A stretch of 64,000 bases of DNA. Origin: Alphaproteobacteria bacterium (lineage in GTDB: Bacteria; Pseudomonadota; Alphaproteobacteria; JAEULC01). The translations under genes and the position numbers were made by a program. Numbering within the stretch: position 1 is the stretch's first letter; each line of letters begins with the position of its first letter. The stretch lies in assembly GCA_023150455.1 (NCBI GenBank), contig JAKLKW010000004.1, forward strand, positions 3,197-67,196, read 5' to 3'. Under the pieces are notes generated by a model. That model was not told the DNA's origin, searched no databases, and worked only from the letters and a program-made list of their open reading frames with translations. Positions 49,253-58,651 of this stretch are shown piece after piece.

Positions 49253-49807
49253 CTATCGCTTGCGCGTGGCGCCGAGCGGCACGCGCTTGCCGGCGCGGCG
49301 CACGACCACGTCGCCGAACACGGGCGGCGGCGGCGGCGCGGCTTCGCCGCCCGGCGTGAGCGGGCGTTCGGCGAAGCGGCCGGTCGAGATCAGCCGGTCG
49401 TACATGATGATCGAGCCGGCCACCGCCAGGTTGACGCAGAACCGCGTCGGTATCTTCACCAGCAGGTCGCAATGCCCGGCCAGGCGCGGCGACAGCGAGC
49501 CGCGCTCCGGCCCCAGCACATAGGCGGCCTGGCGCGGATGGCGGAAGCTCGGCAGCAGCGTCGCGTCGTCGCGGAACTCGACGCCGACCAGGAGGCAGTC
49601 CGACGGCAGGCGCAGCGCGTCGAGATCGGGGAAGTCGTAGTAGGGCAGGTTGGCGCGCACGTCCGTCGTGTCGGAGCTCGCCTTGCGGTACTCGGCGGCG
49701 ATCGTGAACACGAAGCTGGCGCCGAAGGCGTGCGCCGAGCGGAACAGCGCGCCGAGGTTCATCGGCTTGCTGATGCCTTCCACGCCGATGCCGAAATAGC
49801 CGCGCAT
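49253..49807 (-). CDS. SpoU/TrmH RNA methyltransferase
   Basis: NLGALFRSA, LGPERG, CVNLAVAG. Confidence 0.9.
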   Translation of the reverse strand: MRGYFGIGVEGISKPMNLGALFRSAHAFGASFVFTIAAEYRKASSDTTDVRANLPYYDFPDLDALRLPSDCLLVGVEFRDDATLLPSFRHPRQAAYVLGPERGSLSPRLAGHCDLLVKIPTRFCVNLAVAGSIIMYDRLISTGRFAERPLTPGGEAAPPPPPVFGDVVVRRAGKRVPLGATRKR

Positions 49808-49949
49808 GCCGAGCGTCCCTCCGGCGGCCAGTCTAGCCGGAACCCGGGGCGGCGCGCGCGCCGCCGCTGCGCCTGAGCCCGGATCGGCCCGGATGGCGGA
49901 ATTCCGCCTTTTTCCCCAGGAGATGCACGGGAGGCCGGCACTATCACGC

Positions 49950-50071
49950 GTCTGTGAGGCAGTGGCGCCGACCAGTGATGGTATGACCTTGTTCGCCCTG
50001 TTGAACGGGGCGACCCCCCAAGAACCTTGGACGGGCCTGGCGGCTTAACGGCCCCGGCCCTCTTCTTTTTT
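49950..50071 (+). ncRNA. Candidate sRNA, or mRNA of a 21-aa sORF, with an intrinsic terminator
   Basis: Three hairpins then TCTTCTTTTTT, with no plus-strand CDS upstream. The 5' end is an estimate. Confidence 0.45.
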
Positions 50072-50548
50072 CCGGGCGGGCTTTCGGCGCGGCTCGGTCG
50101 TCGCGATCCAGATGCCGGCGGCGACGGCGGCGACCCCCAGCACGAGCGAGGGGCCGATCGGCTCGTCCAGCAGCACCGCCGCCAGCAGCGCCCCGCGACG
50201 GGGTTGAGCGTCATGGTGCCGGCGACCCGGGTCGGCGTGGTCCGCGCCAAGGCGAACACCCAGAGGACGAACGCCGCGGCGCCGCCGAAGCCGGCGCGAT
50301 AGGCGACGGCGACCCATTCCCCCGGCCCGAAGCCGCCGACCACGTCGAAGCCGCCGGTCCACCAGGATGCCGCCGCGACGCCGGAGATGGCCATCAGCAC
50401 GCCCGCGCTCTTGCGCAGCGTCAGCCGCTCGATGCCGAGCAGCGCGGCGACCAGCATCGTCGCCAGCGGAAGGGTCGGCAGCGCCATCGCGCCGCGCGCC
50501 GCCGAAGGTGCTGGACAGGATGGCGGCAGCGCCGAGACGCGGGTTCAT
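50045..50548 (-). pseudogene. EamA/DMT transporter remnant
   Basis: DMT-like segments split across frames (ILSSTFGG / TLPLATML..ERLTLRK..LWVFALARTTPTRV..LNP / AVLLDEPIG..GIW); far shorter than a two-repeat EamA. Confidence 0.75.
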
Positions 50549-50683
50549 CGCCGGCAGGCTGCTGCCGGGCGGCCGTGCGGACAACTACCTCCCGGGTAGT
50601 CGTCGATCGGGCAGACGCCCAAGCGTCTTGCGCCCGGGCGGCGAGGGCGGCATGGTGCGGGCCGCTCTGCCGAGGTCAAGTCC

Positions 50684-51718
50684 ATGAACGCCATGCCCCT
50701 GACCGCCGCCGCGAACCGCGGCGCCGCCATCGCGGCGCCGGTGCTGGTCGAGGTCACGCGCGGCGGCATGGTCGAGAGCCGCCATGCCGGCACCGTCGCC
50801 GTGGTCGATGCCAAGGGCAAGACGGTCCTTGCCTGCGGCGACATCGCCCAGCCCGTCTATCCGCGCTCGGCCATCAAGCCGATCCAGGCCCTGCCGCTGA
50901 TCGAATCGGGCGCGGCCGAGCGCTACAGGCTGGGCGACGCCGAGATCGCGCTGGCCTGCGCCTCGCACGGCGGCGAGCCGCGCCATGTCGCGACGGTGCT
51001 GACCTGGCTCGGACGCATCGGCTGCACGGTCGACGACCTGGAATGCGGCGGCCATCCGCCGAGCCACGAGGCCTCGGCCGAGGCGCTCTATCGCGGCGAC
51101 GGCGTGGTGACGCCGCTGCACAACAACTGCTCGGGCAAGCACACCGGCTTCCTGTCGCTGGCGAAGCATCGCGGCTGGCCGACGCGCGGCTACATCAACG
51201 AAGAGCATCCCGTGCAGCAGATCGTGCTGCGGGCGCTGGCCGAGCTCGGCGGCGCCGACCTCGCCCGCGGCGCGCGCGGCATCGACGGGTGCGGCATTCC
51301 CGTCGTCGGCATGCCGATCGAGCGCCTGGCGCTGGCCATGGCGCGCTTCGCCGATCCCGGCGGCCTGCCGGACGAGCGCGTCGCGGCGATCAAGCGCATC
51401 CGCGCGGCCATGGCGAAGGAGCCGTTCATGGTCGCCGGCACCGGCCGCTTCTGCACCCGCGTCATGAGCACGCTCGGCGCGGCGGCGATGGTCAAGACCG
51501 GCGCCGAGGGCGTCTACATGGCCGCGCTGCCGACGCTCGGATACGGCATCTGCCTCAAGATCGCCGACGGGGCGTCGCGCGCCTCGCAGGTGGCGCTCGC
51601 CGCGGTGCTCGACCGGCTCGGCATCGAGGGCGCGCGGGAGCTGGCCGAGACGCCGCTCAAGAACGTCGCCGGCCGCCCGGTCGGAGTCGTGCGGCCCGCC
51701 GGCGATCTGCCGTTCTGA
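50684..51718 (+). CDS. L-asparaginase II (rhizobial AnsA type)
   Basis: RSAIKP, CASHGG, HNNCSGKH, DGCG, KTGAEG. Confidence 0.9.
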   Translation: MNAMPLTAAANRGAAIAAPVLVEVTRGGMVESRHAGTVAVVDAKGKTVLACGDIAQPVYPRSAIKPIQALPLIESGAAERYRLGDAEIALACASHGGEPRHVATVLTWLGRIGCTVDDLECGGHPPSHEASAEALYRGDGVVTPLHNNCSGKHTGFLSLAKHRGWPTRGYINEEHPVQQIVLRALAELGGADLARGARGIDGCGIPVVGMPIERLALAMARFADPGGLPDERVAAIKRIRAAMAKEPFMVAGTGRFCTRVMSTLGAAAMVKTGAEGVYMAALPTLGYGICLKIADGASRASQVALAAVLDRLGIEGARELAETPLKNVAGRPVGVVRPAGDLPF

Positions 51719-51723
51719 CGCCG

Positions 51724-52689
51724 ATGCGCGCCGCGGTCGTCCGCCAATGGGGCTCGATCGAGCCGGGCGAGCTGCCCGAACCGGCAGCTGGGCCGGGCGA
51801 GGTCGTGATCCAGGTCGAGGCCGCCGGCGTCAATTTCGCCGACACGCTGCTGGTCGCCGGCAAGTACCAGGAGAAGCCGCCCTTCCCTTTCAGCCCCGGG
51901 CTCGAGGCGGCCGGAACGGTGCTCCGGTGCGGCGCCGGCGTCGGGCGCGTGAAGCCGGGCGACCGGGTGCTGGCGATGCTCGATCGCGGCGGCTTCGCCG
52001 AGCGCGCCGTCGCGAAGGAAAGCGACGTCTATGTCACGCCGGCGGGCATGGACGCGGCAACGGCTGCCGGCTTCCCCGTCACCTACGGCACGGCGCATTG
52101 CGTGCTGTGCTGGTATCTGCGCGTGCAGCCGGGCGAGACGCTGGTCGTGCACGGCGCCGGCGGCGGCGTCGGCCTCGCCACGGTCGAATGCGGCAAGGTG
52201 CTCGGCGCCACGGTGATCGCGACGGCCGGCTCCGACGACAAGCTGGCGCTGGCGCGCGCGCACGGCGCCGACCACGGCATCAACTATGCGCGCGAGGATC
52301 TGCGTACGCGGATCAAGGAGCTGACCGGCGGCCGAGGCGCCGACGCGGTATTCGATCCCGTCGGCGGCGACGCGTTCGACGCCTCGCTGCGCTCGACCGC
52401 CTGGGGCGGACGCATCGCGGTGATCGGCTTCGCCTCGGGCAAGGTGCCGCAGATCCCCGCCAACATCCTCCTCGTGAAGAACATCACCGTGCACGGCGTC
52501 TACTGGGGCGCGCATCGCAAGCATCGGCCCGAGAAGATGCCGGAGGAGTTCGCCGAGCTGTTCCGATGGTACACGGAGGGGAAGCTCGAGCCGCATGTCT
52601 CGCATCGCTTCCCGCTGGCCGAGGCGAAGCGGGCGCTCGAGCTGCTGACCACGCGCAAGGCCCAGGGCAAGGTCGTGGTGGTGATGTGA
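51724..52689 (+). CDS. NADPH:quinone oxidoreductase (MDR family)
   Basis: GVNFAD, PGLE, GAGGGVG, DPVGG, GFASG, GKVV. Confidence 0.92.
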   Translation: MRAAVVRQWGSIEPGELPEPAAGPGEVVIQVEAAGVNFADTLLVAGKYQEKPPFPFSPGLEAAGTVLRCGAGVGRVKPGDRVLAMLDRGGFAERAVAKESDVYVTPAGMDAATAAGFPVTYGTAHCVLCWYLRVQPGETLVVHGAGGGVGLATVECGKVLGATVIATAGSDDKLALARAHGADHGINYAREDLRTRIKELTGGRGADAVFDPVGGDAFDASLRSTAWGGRIAVIGFASGKVPQIPANILLVKNITVHGVYWGAHRKHRPEKMPEEFAELFRWYTEGKLEPHVSHRFPLAEAKRALELLTTRKAQGKVVVVM

Positions 52690-53948
52690 GCGAGCCGGCC
52701 AGTTTGGACCCGGTCCAGGCGCAGTACGAGGCCTATCCCTATCCCGCGCGCGATCCGCGCGACGAAGCCAAGCGTCTCGTCATCGGCTCGCCGAGCGACC
52801 TGCGCGAGGTCGACCACTACCTGTTTGGCGGCAAGCGCGACTGGTCGCGCCCGTTCCGCGCGCTGGTCGCCGGCGGCGGCACCGGCGACGCGCTGGTGAT
52901 GCTGGCGCAGCACCTGGCCGACCGGCACTGCCCGGCCGAGCTGCACTATCTCGACCTGTCCGACGCGGCGCGGCGCATCGCCGAGGCGCGCATCGAGGCG
53001 CGCGGCCTCGGGCGCCTCGTGACGTTCCATCACGGCTCGCTGCTCGGCCTCGCGGCGGCGGCGCCGGGACCCTACGACTACATCGACTGCTGCGGCGTGC
53101 TGCATCACCTCGATGACCCGCGGGCCGGCCTGAGGGTGCTCGCGGCTTCGCTTGCGCCCGGCGGCGGCATGGGCCTGATGGTCTACGGCGCGCTCGGCCG
53201 CACCGGCGTCTACGACGCGCAAGAGATGCTGCGCACGCTGGCCGCCGGCGCGCCGGACCGCGAGCGGCTCACCGTCGCGCGCGCGCTGATCCGCGAATTG
53301 CCGCCGACCAACCGGCTCAGGCGCAATGCGCTGGTCGGCGACCACCTCGCCGGCGGCGACGCCGGCCTCTACGACCTGCTGCTGCACGCGCGCGACCGCG
53401 CCTATCGCGTGCCCGAGCTGGCGGCGATGATCGACGCCGCCGGGCTCGCGATCGTCGCCTTCATCGAGCCGGCGCGCTACGAGCCCGCGACGTACCTCAA
53501 CGACCGCGACCTGCTCGAGCGCCTCGGGCCGCTCGGGGCCGTCGAGCGCGCCGCCTTCGCCGAGCTGCTCGCCGGCAACCTCAAGACCCATGTCTGCTAC
53601 GTCGCGGCCAGGGACCGCGCGGCGACGGCGGCGGCGCGGGCGGACGATCCGGCGGCGGTGCCGGTCGCGCGTGACGTCGACTTCGCCGCCATCGCGCGCG
53701 GCATGGTGTCGGGCAGCCCGGTGCTGTCCGCCAGCTTCGACGGGCTGACGCTGCGGCTCAAGCTGCCGCGCCTCGCCACCGCGATCCTCGCGCGCATCGA
53801 CGGAAAGCGCAGCCTCGGCGAGATCCACCGCGCCGTGGCCGAGACGGCGGCGCCGGGCTTGGCGTGGGACGATTTCCTCGCCGAGTTCCGAGTGCTCTAC
53901 GCCGCCTTCAACGGCGTCAACCGGATGCTGCTGCGCGTGCCGGGCTGA
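52686..53948 (+). CDS. Class I SAM-dependent methyltransferase with C-terminal extension
   Basis: QYEAYPYP, LVAGGGTG, DCCGVLHHL, DLLLH; GTGA overlap. Confidence 0.87.
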   Translation: MSEPASLDPVQAQYEAYPYPARDPRDEAKRLVIGSPSDLREVDHYLFGGKRDWSRPFRALVAGGGTGDALVMLAQHLADRHCPAELHYLDLSDAARRIAEARIEARGLGRLVTFHHGSLLGLAAAAPGPYDYIDCCGVLHHLDDPRAGLRVLAASLAPGGGMGLMVYGALGRTGVYDAQEMLRTLAAGAPDRERLTVARALIRELPPTNRLRRNALVGDHLAGGDAGLYDLLLHARDRAYRVPELAAMIDAAGLAIVAFIEPARYEPATYLNDRDLLERLGPLGAVERAAFAELLAGNLKTHVCYVAARDRAATAAARADDPAAVPVARDVDFAAIARGMVSGSPVLSASFDGLTLRLKLPRLATAILARIDGKRSLGEIHRAVAETAAPGLAWDDFLAEFRVLYAAFNGVNRMLLRVPG

Positions 53949-54582
53949 CTGCCTCGCCGCGCGCGACGGCCTGCGCCCAGGGCAGGAACCCGTCGAGAAA
54001 GCGCGTGGTCGCCGGCATGAAATGGCTGCCGTGGTGGTAGAACGGGTCGAGCGTGCTGACGATCAGCCGGCCCTTCGTGCTGACGCGGTCGTCGTACAAC
54101 AGGCAGCCGCCGTCGTCGCGGCCGCCGGGCTCGGGCGGCACCACCATCAGCGCCTCGGCGCCCGGCGGCGGACGCAGCACGCCGTGGAAATGCCAGATCG
54201 TCGCGGCGGGATCGACGAAGCGGAACAGCTCGTGGTCCGGGCGGACCACGCGCTGCGCCGGCGTCGCTCCCTGCTGGCGCCACCACCAGAAATTGGTCGG
54301 GCGAAACGTCCAGTCGACGCCCGGGACCCAGGCATGGGCCTGCGTCTCGGCAAAGACCACCAGCGTGCCGCCGCGCGCAAGATGGCCGAGCAGCAGCGGG
54401 CGATGCCGGCGCAGCAGGGACGGGTTCAGCCGGTCGGGCACGATCAGCACGCCGACGCCGTCGAGGTCGCCCGGTTTCAGATCGGGCGCGTAGATCACGC
54501 GCTCGAAGCGGTCGCGGTAGCGCGCGCCCAGGATCGCCTCGGCGTGGTAGTAGGTGCCGCCGTGCAGGATCGCGAGGCTCAT
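53917..54582 (-). CDS. Hypothetical protein (possible class I glutamine amidotransferase-like fold)
   Basis: Coupled by ATGA; motifs GGTYYH, RPTNFWWW, WHFHG, TLDPFYHHGSHFMP. Confidence 0.78.
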   Translation of the reverse strand: MSLAILHGGTYYHAEAILGARYRDRFERVIYAPDLKPGDLDGVGVLIVPDRLNPSLLRRHRPLLLGHLARGGTLVVFAETQAHAWVPGVDWTFRPTNFWWWRQQGATPAQRVVRPDHELFRFVDPAATIWHFHGVLRPPPGAEALMVVPPEPGGRDDGGCLLYDDRVSTKGRLIVSTLDPFYHHGSHFMPATTRFLDGFLPWAQAVARGEAVSPARAAASG

Positions 54583-55190
54583 GCGTCTGCCCCCGCGCCG
54601 ATCCACGCGAACAGCTGCGGGATCATCCGCTCGGCGCTGTTGCCGGCGCCGAGATACGTCCACAGGTCGTTGCCGCCGTGGAACAGCACGCGGCCGCGCC
54701 CGAGCGCGTAGCTGAAATCGAGCGGAAGGCGCCTGGGCCCCAGGCTGTGGATCACCGTGGCGCCGGCCGGCGGCCGGTGCCAGCCGCGCCCGTAGAACCC
54801 CGCGACGCCGCGCCGGAACGTCAGGTCCTGCGGCGCGACGCCGCGCCAGACCGGGTGCTCGCGCTCGCGCCGCACCTCGAGGTCGGCGACGCGATAGTCG
54901 GGGATCGGCTGGAAATGGTCGAGCCCGGAAAGGAACGGCCAGGCGACGTGGCCGCTCGCCAGCACGGTGCCGCCGGCGCGCACGAAGGCCTCGATGCGAT
55001 CGCGCCGCCCGGACAGATAGAGCTGATCGCAATGCATCGAGACCAGGAGCGCGCGGAAATCGTCAAGCGTGACCCTGTCGAAGTCATACATGCCGACGGT
55101 CATGATCCGCGGCCCGACATCGGGCCGGCGGATCATGTCCGGGACGCCGGACTCGGGCTGCTCGCAGTCGATCAGCAGCGTGTCGATCAT
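54579..55190 (-). CDS. Hypothetical protein
   Basis: Coupled by ATGA; motifs CDQLYL, GGTV, HPVW.GV, RRGVAGFYGRG, HGGNDLW. Confidence 0.78.
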   Translation of the reverse strand: MIDTLLIDCEQPESGVPDMIRRPDVGPRIMTVGMYDFDRVTLDDFRALLVSMHCDQLYLSGRRDRIEAFVRAGGTVLASGHVAWPFLSGLDHFQPIPDYRVADLEVRREREHPVWRGVAPQDLTFRRGVAGFYGRGWHRPPAGATVIHSLGPRRLPLDFSYALGRGRVLFHGGNDLWTYLGAGNSAERMIPQLFAWIGAGADA

Positions 55191-56149
55191 CGCTGCCGGA
55201 ACGCCATCGGGTGCACCAGGTCCTTGCGGATGTCGATGCGACGCTCGATCATCCGGCTTTCCAGCATGAAGTCCTGGTCCGCGTTCAGGTTGGCGATGTC
55301 CGCATCGGTCATGACCGGCGAGAAGTCGTACCAGGCGAGCATGCGCGCGGCGTCGGCGAGCGAGATCTTCTGCTCCTCGGCGGCGAGCTTCAGCGCCTCG
55401 GCCCGGTTCCTGGCGACGAAGTCGACGGCGTCGCGGTGGACGGCGAGGAAACGCTCGACCTGCGCCGGATGCTTGTCGAGGAAGGCCTTGTTGACGGCGA
55501 TCACCGTGGTAGGTTGGATCAGGCCCTTGCCCGAGGCGATAACCTTGCCGCCCGCCGCCTCGACCGCCAGCGAGTGGTTGCCGGCGAGGGTCGCCGCGTC
55601 GACCTTGCCGGCCAGGAGCGCGGCGCGCGCGGCCGGCAGGTCCATGTTGATGTAGCTGACGTCGGCCAGCGTCATGCGCCTCGACGCCAGCGCCGCGACC
55701 AGGAGCTGGTTCAGCGTGGTGCCCTTCGGCCCGGCGACGGTCTTTCCCTTCAGGCTCTCGATGGTGGCCGGGCCCTTGGCTAGGCTCATGACGAAGAAAG
55801 CCTCGGCATTGCGGCTGTAGGCCGCGACGATCACCACCTCGGCGCCGTTGGCGCGGCCGATGATGGCCGAGGTCCCGCCCAGCACGCCGGCGATGTCGAG
55901 CGAGCCGGCGGCGAGCGCCTGCACCTGCTTGGCGCCCGAGGTGATTTCGGGCAGCTCGACCTTGATGCCGTCGGCGGCGAAGGCCTTTTCCAGCATGCCG
56001 GTGCGCTGCATCACGATCGACGGCACGTTGAACGGCGACGTCACGTGCGACACGACGACCTTCGCCGGCTTTCCTTCGGCGTGGGCCACCGGGGCGCCGA
56101 GGCACAGGACGGCGGCCGTCGCCGCCAGAAGTCGGAATGGCGTCTTCAT
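55187..56149 (-). CDS. ABC substrate-binding protein, SsuA/NitT/TauT type
   Basis: Signal peptide, SPFNVP, ITSGAKQVQALAAGSLD, GPKGT. Confidence 0.9.
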   Translation of the reverse strand: MKTPFRLLAATAAVLCLGAPVAHAEGKPAKVVVSHVTSPFNVPSIVMQRTGMLEKAFAADGIKVELPEITSGAKQVQALAAGSLDIAGVLGGTSAIIGRANGAEVVIVAAYSRNAEAFFVMSLAKGPATIESLKGKTVAGPKGTTLNQLLVAALASRRMTLADVSYINMDLPAARAALLAGKVDAATLAGNHSLAVEAAGGKVIASGKGLIQPTTVIAVNKAFLDKHPAQVERFLAVHRDAVDFVARNRAEALKLAAEEQKISLADAARMLAWYDFSPVMTDADIANLNADQDFMLESRMIERRIDIRKDLVHPMAFRQR

Positions 56150-56922
56150 TGCAGGGTCCTTTCGTTTGAATGCGATTCCGTGATGGTGTCGATCAGCCGC
56201 TCGCGCAGCGCGACGACGTTGATATCCTCCGGCCGGCGCGGATAGGCGAGCGGCACCGCGACTTCCGCGACCAGGCGGCCTGCACGCATGACCAGCACCC
56301 GCTCGGCCAGCAGCACGGCCTCCTCGACGTCGTGGGTGACGAACAGGACGGTGCGCCGGCGCTCCGCGCCGAGCCAAAGCTGGACCAGCTCGCGCTGCAG
56401 CGCCCGGCGCGTGAAGGCGTCGAGCGCGCCGAACGGCTCGTCCATCAGCAGCACGTCGGGATCGAGGCAAAGCGCCCGCGCCAGCGCCACGCGCTGCGCC
56501 ATTCCGCCCGAAAGCTGGTGCGGCAGCGCGTCGGCGAAGGCGGAAAGCTCGACGAGCTCCAGCAGGCGCGCCACGGCCTGCTCGACGCCGGCGCGGTCGG
56601 GTGCGTCCATCATGCCGAAGCCCACGTTCTGGCGCACGGTCAGCCAGGGCATCAGCCGCGGCTCCTGGAACACCATGGCCGCGCGCGCGGGGCGGCCGCC
56701 GGGGCGGCCCCAGCGGAACGTGCCGCCGTCCGGCTGCTCGAGGCCCGCGACGGTCCGCAGCAGCGTGGTCTTGCCGCAGCCGCTGCGGCCGACCAGGGCC
56801 ACGAACTCGCCCGGACGGCAGGCGAGCGACAGGCGGTCGATGGCCAGCACGTCGCGGCCCCGCAGCGCGTAGCGCTTGGTGATCGCCTCCAGCGCGAAGG
56901 CGGCCGGCTCAGCCGCGGCCAA
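56146..56922 (-). CDS. ABC ATP-binding protein, SsuB type
   Basis: GRSGCGKTT, FQEPRLMPW, LSGGMAQR, DEPFGALD. Confidence 0.94.
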   Translation of the reverse strand: MAAAEPAAFALEAITKRYALRGRDVLAIDRLSLACRPGEFVALVGRSGCGKTTLLRTVAGLEQPDGGTFRWGRPGGRPARAAMVFQEPRLMPWLTVRQNVGFGMMDAPDRAGVEQAVARLLELVELSAFADALPHQLSGGMAQRVALARALCLDPDVLLMDEPFGALDAFTRRALQRELVQLWLGAERRRTVLFVTHDVEEAVLLAERVLVMRAGRLVAEVAVPLAYPRRPEDINVVALRERLIDTITESHSNERTLQ

Positions 56923-57772
56923 GGTTCAGCTCCTGCCTGACCCAGGGCACCAGCCGGCGCGTCAGCGCGAGCGCCAGCGTGTCGAAGGCGAGGCCCATCA
57001 GCCCAATCGTGACGATGCCGACGAAGATGATGTCGGTGCGCGCCAGCATCTCGGCGTCGAGGATCATGAAGCCGAGGCCGGCGGAAGCAGCGATCAACTC
57101 GGCCCCGACCAGGGCGCGCCAGCAGTAGCCCAGCGCCAGGCGCAGGCCGACGATGATCGCCGGCGTGGCGGCGGGCACCACGATGCGGCCGATGATCGCG
57201 CGCCGCGAGAAGCCGCAGATGCGCCCGACCTCGATCAGCTTCGGGTCGCATTGCGTGATGCCGCCGAGCGTGCCGAGGAACAGCGGGAAGAACGCGGCGA
57301 GCACGATGACGGCGACCTTCGACGCCTCGCCGATGCCGAACCACAGGATCAGCAGCGGCACCAGGCCGAGCGGCGGGACGTGGCGGAGGAACTCGAGCGG
57401 CGGCAGCAGCAGCGCGCGCGCCGGCGCCAGCGCCGCGATGATGGTCGCGAGCGGAATCGCCAGCAGCACCGCGAGCGCGAAGCCGGCGGCCACGCGCACG
57501 AAGCTGACGGCGAGATGACCGATAAGCGTGCCGTCGGCAACCAGGCGCGTCCCTGTTTCGAGGACGGCGAGCGGCGCGGGCAACAGGAAGGGCGTGGTCA
57601 GCCCGGCGGCGCTGGCGGCGGCCCACAGGCCGACCAGCATGGCGAAGGACAGCCACGAGCGGAGCCGGCCGACCGCGACATGCCCGGCCGGCGCGCAGGC
57701 CAGCAGCGCCACCGCGCCGCGCAGCAAGCGCGACCAACGGGTCGTTGGCTTGGGAATGACGGTTGCAGACAC
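56909..57772 (-). CDS. ABC permease, SsuC type
   Basis: VPPLGLVPLLILWFGIGE, WRALVGAELIAAS.GLG. Start uncertain (GTG 57772 or ATG 57640). Confidence 0.9.
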   Translation of the reverse strand: MSATVIPKPTTRWSRLLRGAVALLACAPAGHVAVGRLRSWLSFAMLVGLWAAASAAGLTTPFLLPAPLAVLETGTRLVADGTLIGHLAVSFVRVAAGFALAVLLAIPLATIIAALAPARALLLPPLEFLRHVPPLGLVPLLILWFGIGEASKVAVIVLAAFFPLFLGTLGGITQCDPKLIEVGRICGFSRRAIIGRIVVPAATPAIIVGLRLALGYCWRALVGAELIAASAGLGFMILDAEMLARTDIIFVGIVTIGLMGLAFDTLALALTRRLVPWVRQELNLGRG

Positions 57773-57783
57773 GCAGAGATAAG

Positions 57784-57807
57784 AGTGCAAGTCATCTGCA
57801 TTCGCAA
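57784..57807. promoter_or_regulatory. Putative Fur/Mur-family box
   Basis: AGTGCAAGTCATCTGCATT (TGCA-N7-TGCA) with overlapping TTCGCAA, directly upstream of the ABC operon. Confidence 0.5.
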
Positions 57808-57923
57808 GTTTGATCTTGCCGCACCACGGGCCGCGCGAGCTGGGGCAGTGTCGACTGCCGCGCTGGAAATCCATTAAGGCATTGTTTTTCCTAGATCTCT
57901 GTGACGTGTGGCGGCCAGCCCTC

Positions 57924-58112
57924 TCAGCGCTGCCAGAAGCCCCGGCGCAGCTCGACCGCGACGCCGATGCGCGTCAGGCCGATATCGGCAAGCGCGTGTT
58001 TGTCCATCCGAGCCAGGGCGTGGCGCTGCGTGGCGCGGGCTGCGCGGCGCGCGAGCAGCGCGCCGAGCACGTGGCCGGGGAAGCTCTGCGAAAGTACCGA
58101 AATCGTCGCCAT
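57924..58112 (-). CDS. DUF1127 small protein
   Basis: QRHALARMDKHALADIGLTR...FWQR. Confidence 0.82.
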   Translation of the reverse strand: MATISVLSQSFPGHVLGALLARRAARATQRHALARMDKHALADIGLTRIGVAVELRRGFWQR

Positions 58113-58255
58113 GGCGAGCTTCTTTTCGCCCGAAGCGACGGCGCGACGATTGAGGGGGGAGGCCGGCCGCCCGATGCGACCGGTGTCACCCGCGGGCCCG
58201 CGCATTTCGCCGACCCGCCATGCGCGCGGCTGAGGGCTTGATCGATTCTGCCGGT

Positions 58256-58483
58256 TCAGGCCCGCCAGAAGGGCTTGGCTGCCTCGCTCAGGGCCGCGCA
58301 GCGCGCGACGCCGATGTCTGCCAGTGCACGGTCGTCCATCTGCGCAAGGGCGCGGCGCTGGATGGCACGCTCCTGCCACGTGAGCAGCAGGTCGAGGACG
58401 CGGGAGGTCGGGCGCTTGCAGCCGAAGGTGCGGCCGAGCAGCGTGGCAGGGGCGGTCGCCGCGGGCAAGAGCATCCGGGTCAT
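58256..58483 (-). CDS. DUF1127 small protein
   Basis: WQERAIQRRALAQMDDRALADIGV..EAAKPFWR; GGAG RBS. Confidence 0.88.
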   Translation of the reverse strand: MTRMLLPAATAPATLLGRTFGCKRPTSRVLDLLLTWQERAIQRRALAQMDDRALADIGVARCAALSEAAKPFWRA

Positions 58484-58651
58484 GGCGCAGCTCCATTCAT
58501 GAAATCGCAGCATGCAAGCCGGCGTGCCGATTTCAGGAAAACTGTTTGTATGGCAAACAGATACGGGAGAGCCGGCCTTGCGCGCAAACGATACTTTCTC
58601 ATAGAATTCCAAAGAAAAACTAATCCGATTCCGGTCCTGTCGGAGGTCCCC

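Noticed and set aside
49983-50048. tmRNA identity for the LAA-ending sORF
   Set aside because: No ANDN-type resume sequence and no tRNA-like ends nearby.
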